The position numbers were made by a program, and so were the translations under genes. Positions 48,225 to 57,300 of a stretch of 57,300 nucleotides of DNA are shown one piece after another. The stretch is from positions 1 to 57,300 of the forward strand of contig UYFQ01000427.1 in NCBI GenBank assembly GCA_900617105.1. Reading direction: 5' to 3'. Within the stretch, counting starts at the first letter, position 1. Every line of letters begins with the position of its first letter. The notes beneath the pieces are model-generated. The model was not told the DNA's origin. It ran no database searches and saw nothing but the letters and a program-made list of their open reading frames with translations. The stretch comes from Hydrurus foetidus (Eukaryota).

Positions 48225-51200
48225 TGTAGCCTAGCACGTACGTTCACCGTACACTTTATATACGTTTGTATATATTCACGTATGTATATAATTCACGCAC
48301 CCATAGTCTATTTTCATCCACATCAACTGTCCACCGGTAACGGACGCTCATCAGCATCAGCACCCTTGTAGCCTATCGTTTGTGTCTGTTGTTAGCTGCT
48401 TGCTCGCTTCTTTCACAAACTGTAACTAACCTAACAGTTTACTCCAGCATACCGTCTTTACCCGGATTCTTCGTACTCGAATCCGGCCGCGACTACAATA
48501 TTAATATTGAGAGTTGTTAGACGAACTCTCGTTACTGGAGAGCTAGATAGATTTTCAACCGCCGACATCCGACGACCATCTGGCACTGATCACCAGTATG
48601 GTTTCCAGCAACCGACGAAGACTTTCCAGGGTATCGGCCGTTTCGACGGCTCCCCTGTCGATTTCACAGGAAGCGCCATCAACTGACGCTGTCGACGAAA
48701 TCGTCGCCAACAGCCAGGACGCTAGCACAACGGGAGATTCCGACTCGGCGAATCCTCCCTCGCTTCCAGATCCATCTGTTGCTGCGACTGATGTCGCAGC
48801 CCATCTATCTATCGCCTCTAACCCCTTCTCGAATTTGGCCCCCGGCGTGGGAGGGGGAAACCCCTTGCAAAATTTTTTGCAGCCATCTTCCGCTCCATCT
48901 GGAGCTTTTACAGCGGATCTAGCGATATCCCAAGCGGGGAAGTCTCTGTTGAACATCAACAACTTCCCCAGCGAGTGGATGGAGTATTTTTGGAGCCGGC
49001 GCCTTCGCCACCAGCACCATCACCATCATCATCCACGATGATAGCCGCCACCGCCGACATCACCGCCATCACCGCCATCGCCGCCACCGACATCACGCCA
49101 CTACCTGTCATTGTGCGTGATGTTTTGCCTGCTTTGCCTGTGCTGCCTGTGTTATCTGCCGCAGTTTTGCCTGCAAACCCGGTGCAAACCGATTCCCTGT
49201 TGCCCACTTCCGACAGCAATGTCATGAACAGTAATGTTCAGAGTGTGGCAACTTTTGCTACCGTTGGTGGTGTTACTACCGATGTTGTTGTTTCAAACCT
49301 TGCTGCACGCTATCTATTACCTCATGAAAAGGTTAGAAAGCTCAGCAAGGTTCCAACTCATCTGGAAGTTTTAAGCATCACCAACGACCTTCGCAAGAAT
49401 GGTTGCCCCTATACGTTTCTTGACGTGGTACCATTAGACGTCGAGCAATCTCTTGTAACACTCCTGCAAAGGCAGTATTGCACTGAGAGAGCAATTCGCG
49501 ACGAGTGCGAAGAGTGGAAGTCATGGACTACCGAGAGATTCTGCAAAGAACTCCTCAAGGCAGTACCTGATGAGTCCATCGATACACCTTTGGGTCAGGC
49601 ATCGTTCCTCGAGCAAGTCTCATCGTTCAATTTCAGATTTGATTTGAACAACATTGAGACTGACTCCTGTAACGATACTGCCCTTGGTGCATTGGTAGCA
49701 AATTTCCCCAGCACTACTGCTGAGGAACAGCTTAAGGCTGTTAAGATTCTAGAGCGTCAGTTGCCTACCCACCCCGTCAATTGGCAGCTCATCTTACGCC
49801 GCAAGGTGAACGGTGAGACTGTTCCAATCAACGATTTGAAAGATTTTCGATTCGTTTGGTGGACGCAACTGACTACTCTCAGAAACTCAGCTAACGAGCT
49901 TCGGGCTGCTGGTTATGAGGTTACTCCAGGCCCAGCTACGCGTTCTAAAGATAAGCCTATCTCCAAACGCGCTGCTGAGCCTGATGAGGACACCATCAAA
50001 CCACGTGCTAAGTCCGCGAAGACTGCAAAGTCTTCGAATCCCTCAACCACTCGCACCGTACAGGTCTGTGTTGGTTGTGGAAGATCTAATCACACTATCT
50101 CTGTGTGTAGATTTACTGCATCACCCTACTTCAATTCTTCTGACAGTGCATATGCTGATAGCAATGCATTTAAGAAACTGAAAAAGGATTACCCTGATGC
50201 ATTGGTTGCAAGAGGAGCGTACGTGCCTACCACCTCCTCTTCTTCCTCTTCTTCTACTGCTACCGCGTCAGCCTCGGCTGTACCGGAGGGTCCGTCTAAG
50301 CCGGTCACTAAGCAAAAGAGCTTAAAGAAGACAAGTAAGTTATCATCAACTATTAGTTTCACTGATGTTGTTATTCCTTCTTCCATATTGGGAGCTCTTA
50401 CGAACCTTTCGTCAGCCGACTTTCTAACTGCTACTGTCACCTATGTGTCACAGCCCAGCCAGCCAAGAAATGAAGTCCAAGTGCTGATCGATACGGGATC
50501 GCTCGCCGGCAATTTTGTTGCCATGCGTGTAATTAAGAATTTTCATTTAGAAGAATTTATTATTTTCGACAAGACACTGACTGTTTGTTCAGCCTTAGAT
50601 GGAAAATGTTATAACATTTCTAAGTCTATAAATTTGAAAATGACTTACTTTTCTGAACGTTTAAATAAAAATACTTTTTTAAATTTCAAAGCAATTATTT
50701 TAAACAAGTCTTCAGTCGATGTTGTGATCGGACGAGTGACAATTCGGGAATCACAAATATTCCTCGAGTTGCCTAGTCAATTAGCATCGACTAATATAGT
50801 GCACAGGGCAGCGACCTCAGTAACACCCCAAAGGGTTATTGTATCAGGTCTACTAGCTTCTCTCGTCATTCAATCCGAGAATACATCTCAACTGGCTATG
50901 CCAGATGATGATGAAATCGGTGAACATGAGGCTAGTACCTTTTCACCTTGGTTACCGGATACCAATCCGGAACCGGTTGACCCAGTATCCCTGATTAACA
51001 TATCGGGTACTCCTGAACTTCAGGAGTTGATTAGACTACTCTGTATTGAATACAGAGATATCTTTTCAAATACACTTTCATCTCAGCCTGCTTCTATTCC
51101 TCCTTTTGATCTGGTTGTTCAGGACCCTAAGTGGCGTGTCTCTAAAAATAGACAACCACCTAGACCTCAATCAGCAGCCAATCAGAAGGAGATTACTAGA

Positions 51201-54200
51201 CAATTAAATATCCTCATTGAGCAGGGTATTATTGAGAAATCCACGGCGGCTTATTATAGCCAAGGATTTTTAGTAACTAAGGCTGACGGATCTAAAAGAT
51301 TCGTTATAGATTACCGTAACTTGAACGAATGTACGGAACATGCCTCTTGGCCCGTACCGAACATAACGGAAATGTTACAGAGAATCGGTTCTCAGAAACC
51401 GACGATCTTTGGCACGGTGGATTTTGCTCAAGCATACCATCAAGCCGCATTAACACTCGCTACTAAAAAATATACTTCGTTTATATTATATAGTGGTGTC
51501 TATCAGTTTACTAGACTACCTTTTGGTCTAAAGCAAGCACCTTCTTATTTTCAAGAGATGATTGCTACTGAAGTGTTAAATACGTTACTTTATAGAATTT
51601 TAGAAATTTATATCGATGACGTTAACATTTTTGGAAACAGTCCTGACAACTTTGTTGCACGACTGCGAGAATTCTTTTCTCGCGTTCGTCTCCATAAAAT
51701 GATCCTTAAACCATCCAAATGTTATCTTGGCTATGCCGATTTAAAATTTGTTGGTAAGGTTATATCACAAGAGGGACTTAGAATGTCCCAGAGTAAAATC
51801 CAATTAGTTTTGGATTTTCCTTGTCCTACTGTATCCAAACAACTTAAAAGTTTTCTTGGATTGGTAAACTATTTCCGTGATTTCATCAGAAATCAGTCTA
51901 CGATAGTAAGACCGTTACATGCGTTACTTACAAATTATCAAAGAACAAAACGGATAGTATGGACACCAGAAGCAACTTCTGCTTTTAATGAAATAAAGGA
52001 ACAAGTATCGAAATGTACTACCATTCATTTCATTAGTGATACTGCACCAATCACGTTGCACACTGATGCATCTGATTATGGTATCGGTGGTTACCTCTTC
52101 CAGACTATTGATGGAAAGGACTATCCGGTTGCATTTGTAAGCAAATCTCTTTCTGGGTCTCAACTTCGTTGGTCCACTATTCAAAAGGAAGCTTATGCAA
52201 TTTACTATTCTTGTATTTTTCTACAATCACTTTTACGTGATAGATTATTTACAATTCGAACGGATCATAGAAATCTGTTATACATATATAACAATTCTAA
52301 TCCAATGATTGTTCGGTGGTATGTAGCACTCTCAGAGTATACATATAAAATTGAATTTATTAAAGGTGTTGATAATGATATCGCCGACTCTATGTCTCGA
52401 CTATGTCGTAACAATATGATCGACTCACCTAAGGAATACTCTGCAGATATGATTCTTGCAGCAGCTATTATTCCGAAAATTCAACTCACCGATATGCAAT
52501 ACAATGCTATATCATCAGTTCACAATTCTATGGTTGGTCATTTTGGACTAGCCAGAACTATGAAACGATTGAAAGCAAATCAACATAAGTGGGAATTCAT
52601 GGAAAATCATGTTAGATATTTCATTGACTTTTGCCCACAATGTCAAAAGATGAGTATGATTAAAATACCTATTCATGCTCATCCTTTTACGACTTCGTCG
52701 TATTACCCTATGGAATGTTTAAACATCGACTTTGTCGGTCCATTTCCTGACGGAGGACATATCCTCGTTATCATTGATACATTCACTCGTTGGACTGAAT
52801 TGTATCATACTACTGATTCAACTGCACTATCCGCCGCCCAATGTCTAATACAACATTTTGGTCGTTTCGGAGCACCTCATCAGTTAAGATCAGATAACGG
52901 TCCCCACTTTATTGCTGACGTAATACGTGAGTTTTTATCGTTTGTTGGTACTCGACACTGTTTAACATTAGCTTACTCTAAGGAGGAAAATGCTATTGTT
53001 GAACGTATGAACAAAGAGATTAACCGTCACATCCGATCACTCACATACGACAACACTTCATTAGAAGATTACAAATTAGCTTTACCTTTCGTTATGAGAA
53101 TAATTAATTCAAATCATAGTGATCGTTTAAAGATATCTTCTGCACAATTACTGTTTGGTAACTGTGTTAATCTTGATCGTGGTATGTTCCGTCCAATTGA
53201 CGAAGTTCCTCCTTCAAAGAAATCTATGTCAGTCTATATGAGTAACCTTCTCAAGACACAAGATAGTCTTAGAAAAGCAGCTGCTAAAGAGCTTCTTCGC
53301 ACTGACTTACTTCATATGACACATAAAAACAATTACAACATACGGATTTCCAACCCGGAACGTATGTATTGGTACATTACCGTACAGGTCACCCGCCTAC
53401 ACGTCTTCATACGTTCTGGCGTGGTCCTATGAGAGTTATTTCCGGATCAAACTCAAGGTTTACCCTTTATGATCTTATCTCTCATGTCGAAAAAGAATAT
53501 CATGTTTCAGATATGAAACCTTTTCTTTTTGATCCACTACGTGTTGAACCATTAGACGTTGCTCGTCATGATTATATGGAATTTTATATTGAAAATATCC
53601 TTGAACATCGTGGTGACTTACAACGCAAAACTTCGTTAGAATTCCTTGTCAAATGGTTAGGTTATGCCGATGAACACAATTCATGGACATCCTATGCCAA
53701 TCTTCGTGATACCGAAAAATTACACGAATACTTGACATCTAACAATCTTCAACGTTTAATACCTAGAAAGTTTACAAACGTTGTAGATACAAATATATAA
53801 TACTAAACAATATCCATGATGGATTTCAACCCTATTTTTTGTTTGTTGTCGGTCAACATTCTTTTTGGGAGTTTTTAGTCAGTAAGAGTCTGACATAATT
53901 GTTTAGATATTATACCCCGACTCTAAGGAGTGCCGCCGATGAAAATCGTGTCGACAACATTTTGATTTTCATATCCACACATACTACCAAATCTTTGACG
54001 ATAGATAGGCGTATGGGATCCCTGAATAATTTGAAGTGGCACCTTTTTCAAATGAGCTATACGTTACCACATGTATTTCCACTCATATTCATTTTCTTTC
54101 ACTTAACTTAAATTTTAAGGAGGAAGGAGTAGTGTAGCCTAGCACGTACGTTCACCGTACACTTTATATACGTTTGTATATATTCACGTATGTATATAAT

Positions 54201-54405
54201 TCACGCACCCATAGTCTATTTTCATCCACATCAACTGTCCACCGGTAACGGACGCTCATCAGCATCAGCACCCTTGTAGCCTATCGTTTGTGTCTGTTGT
54301 TAGCTGCTTGCTCGCTTCTTTCACAAACTGTAACTAACCTAACAGTTTACTCCAGCATACCGTCTTTACCCGGATTCTTCGTACTCGAATCCGGCCGCGA
54401 CTACA
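48225..54405 (+). mobile_element. Ty3/Gypsy chromodomain LTR retrotransposon 2 (full length), TSD GCTT
   Basis: Apparently identical 273-bp LTRs at 48225-48497 and 54133-54405; PPT at 54117-54132; GCTT on both flanks. Confidence 0.96.
48598..53800 (+). CDS. Gypsy 2 gag-pol with chromodomain; frame changes near 48990 and 53330
   Basis: ORFs 48598-49041, 48975-53432 and 53369-53800. CVGCGRSNHTISVC, LIDTGS, YIDD, TDAS, SDNG and chromodomain EFLVKWLGY. Confidence 0.92.
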
Positions 54406-54831
54406 GCTTTGGGTTGTCAGTAATCACTTGTTAATTGACTGTGCTTCATCCCTGCTGAAGTCCCCGAGTCCCTTTCAACGCAACAACAAAAGACATCCTA
54501 CACTACTTCTTGAAGTACCGAGCCGAAGCACGGGTCCACACATCGTCGTCACGCATGCACGCACACACACACACACTAATCCGTACGTCCGTACGAATGC
54601 ATAAGTACACAGATTGTGTTCGTGTCATAAACTAAGATATCTCCAACAAAGTGCACAGTCTACAGCTCTGTGTTTTGTACATGATACAGAATACGCGAAA
54701 TACCCGGAATATCCGAGGAAAGAGCAAAGTTCATCTTAGTTTTCAAATGAGAATTGAGGACGGCTGAATGGCTTTATCAGCACCAACATGAGTAACACGG
54801 AGAGGCCCTGAAGCAAAAGCGGTAATCGACA

Positions 54832-55612
54832 ATGTCGATCAGTATTCTTGCAAATGATCAACTGATTGACTATGAAAATGTCTTCAGGCTGGTTCAAATT
54901 GACTTAAAACTGAAGGAAATAAGAGATTGTGATAAGACGAAATCACCTTTTAGGCTGACGAGGCTAGTTACGGCGAACGACGTGATCATTTTCTCTCTTT
55001 CTGACTCTACCTATAGGGTACTTAACTCTGCTGGAAAAAGTAGTTATCGATCGCTTTGATTTACCGCTGCGGACAGGAGAGCAAGTTGATCATATATTTC
55101 TAGATCATACTGGCATCATTGCATCATAAGTTTACTCAAAGGTGCTCCATATCAGACTATTAATACTGAATTGGTGCTCTCAGATATGAAGTCGACTCGA
55201 TTTATCTTCACATCTCAACCTCAACGTTATCTTTACATCTGAACGATGTGTCTGACGTATATTTGCAGCCACCAACTGGTATTGTCATTTGAAGGAATTC
55301 TGTCCTTCTAATATATTTTCATTGACAAAATGTTTATGTTGCAGGTGATTGCTACTATCATTTATTGTGCTGGCACACCCATTAAATTATCTAGACTGCA
55401 GGGGTCTGGTGCAGAGTGTTGCGTTCAGCAACCACATTCTTGATCAAAGCAATAATCATGATTTATCGATAGTTATGCTAATCGGGACTAGTGTGGGGCT
55501 ACTATACGAAGTTTCATTCTCTTCGGAGTTTTCTTTTGTTGGGAGGGCAGTGAGTCAGGAAAAATCATGCAGGGTGGCGCACAAGCTAGACCACCCGATT
55601 GCTATCATATGT
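54832..55612 (+). pseudogene. VPS18: VPS18/Pep3 N-terminal fragment, truncated by a Copia
   Basis: VDHIFLDHTG, GLVQSVAF and LIGTSVGLLYE resemble the Vps18 beta-propeller (recognised from memory); apparent frameshift near 55114. Confidence 0.6.
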
Positions 55613-57300
55613 TGGTCACGATCTGCTGCTTCGCTGATTTGCTGTGCACCGCACCCCTTTCTCCGACCACAACGCAGCTGCCCGTGTGCGACTTTCCATC
55701 CGGGTGTACTCCATACGCTGCGTCTATTAGCACGCTGATCTCGATACCCCTGCACCCCGCAGCGAACACTATGCCTCTGTCCTTTGTCGCATTCACGTAC
55801 TTGAGCAGTCGCTCGAGCTTCGCAAGGTCATCGACGCTGCATCTCGTAACCCGAGTTGCAAGATAGGCCACTGCCGTCAGACAGTCCGGCCTTGCACGCT
55901 TCGCAAGGTATAACATCTTGGCGACGTGGCGGTGGAATCGCACCCGCTGCTCCTCAGACGCCATGTCCACTCCCTCTCTCGTATCGAACAAGCCCTCTGT
56001 CGCCGGTGTCCTCGCACCTCCCACCGTTCCGCTTTCCTTGAGCATGTCTCCCACATATCCCGTCATCGACACACGTGCGACACCTGCGGTAGTAAGATCG
56101 AACACCATACCTAGGTAATTCACAACAGGTCCATCTTTCCTCGTGATGTCGCCATACCTTTTGATAAGACCGCACGCCACTGACTCGATCATTGCGCTGC
56201 TCGTGCTGGTGATCATCAGGTCATCCACATGGACCGCGATGGTGCACTGCACCCCGTGCCCGTCATGCTTATTGAAGACGCACGTGTCGTGCGGGTTCGG
56301 TACGTACCCTAGTTCTGCTAGACTCGCTCTCAGGTTCTCGTACCATAGTGCTGCGGACTCCACACATCCGTAGAGTGCTTTGTCGAGCTTCACTACTATG
56401 CATCCCTTGTGGTCAGCGAATGGAGAGTAGCGTGGTGCCAACTTGATCATGATGTTGGACATGTTCCTGTCCAACCTCATGTGAACAGGCAACCCCGTCG
56501 TCATATCCGCATTCAGGAACGCGCCGCTGATGTCGACCACGGCAATGCTCCTCCTCTCATATGCCGCTATGCTCAGCAGTGTGAACACTGAACTTGTCGC
56601 CACCGTTGGCGCGGACAGGTCGTCGTTCAGGTCGCGGTCTTGTTGGTCTCCCCCTGCCACCAGCCGAGCCTTCAGCTTCTCGAATTCCCCGCTCGCCAGG
56701 AACTTCTCCTTCAGGAACATGCTTGATCGGATGATTCTCTGTCTCTCCTCGCACGACAATTTCTTCACATCGATCGGTTCCCAAACCTTCTTATCGATCA
56801 TCTGTCTCAGCTCTTTCTCGATCACAGTTACCGCCGCGTCACCCCTTGTGCGCAGCGCCTCATTCACCGATATATTGAAGACAAAGTCTCCCCACTCGGC
56901 CCCATCGCCGTCGTAGTTACGTGTCAGCAGGGCAGTCCTGTCGCCGTTCCTGAAGAAGTCCATAATGTTCTGTCTGCCCACATTAACGTCTGGAACACTC
57001 AGTGTTGCTTTGGCAACGCTCACCGCATCATCCCACGCGACAGCGGTTGCCGTGTAGTCCACCGGTACACCGCGCTCATCTATACCACCTGTAGAGTACT
57101 GTGGGTGGTCGTGTGGACCAGCTCGCATTCGATTCATACTGTCGACCAGGCCGTCCATTTCGGGGTCGGCGTCTTCAACCCGCTCCGGTGTCGCTGACTC
57201 CACGTGGTGCCCATCCGCATCGTCAGGTTCCCGCTCGACAAGCGCACCTCCCTCGTCGTACTGCTGAACCTCTCCAAGCTCCGGCTCGTCTGGGTTGTAC
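55613..57300 (-). mobile_element. CoDi-like Copia (IN linker, RT, start of RH), 3'-truncated; continues past the window end
   Basis: ORF 55605-57203 is closely related to 43246-48111 and breaks at KQQIVT without the RH end, PPT or LTR. Confidence 0.92.

Larger units (their letters stand above)
42852..54648 (-). mobile_element. Full-length CoDi-like Copia with intact ORF, TSD AAGTG; 5' LTR interrupted by Gypsy 2
   Basis: 3' LTR 42852-43179; 5' LTR 48136-48224 plus 54410-54648; AAGTG at 42847-42851 and 54649-54653. Confidence 0.96.

Overview
Eukaryotic genomic DNA, probably from a stramenopile (inferred from CoDi-like Copia integrases and short GT-AG introns). Positions ~1-31,700 and 42,850-57,300 are dense nests of transposable elements. 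They contain four CoDi-like Ty1/Copia elements, two complete chromodomain Ty3/Gypsy elements plus a third Gypsy 3' end, a tyrosine-recombinase (Ngaro/PAT-like) retrotransposon, a foldback MULE, a hAT element with a CGGBP1-like zinc finger, and several MITEs. A gene island at ~32,000-42,730 holds a Mei2-like RRM gene, an alpha/beta hydrolase, SEC61 gamma and PAK1IP1/Mak11. A broken VPS18 5' fragment lies at ~54,830-55,610. The main signal is that none of the LTR elements whose 5' LTR is visible has a tRNA primer-binding site. In two unrelated Copia families the 10 nt next to the 5' LTR are exactly complementary to a site inside their own LTR, which suggests Tf1-like self-priming; I do not know this mechanism from Copia. 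Both Gypsy elements instead carry a palindrome in the same register at the PBS position and share an identical 23-nt hairpin motif in their 3' UTRs. All calls were made by eye, without database searches.
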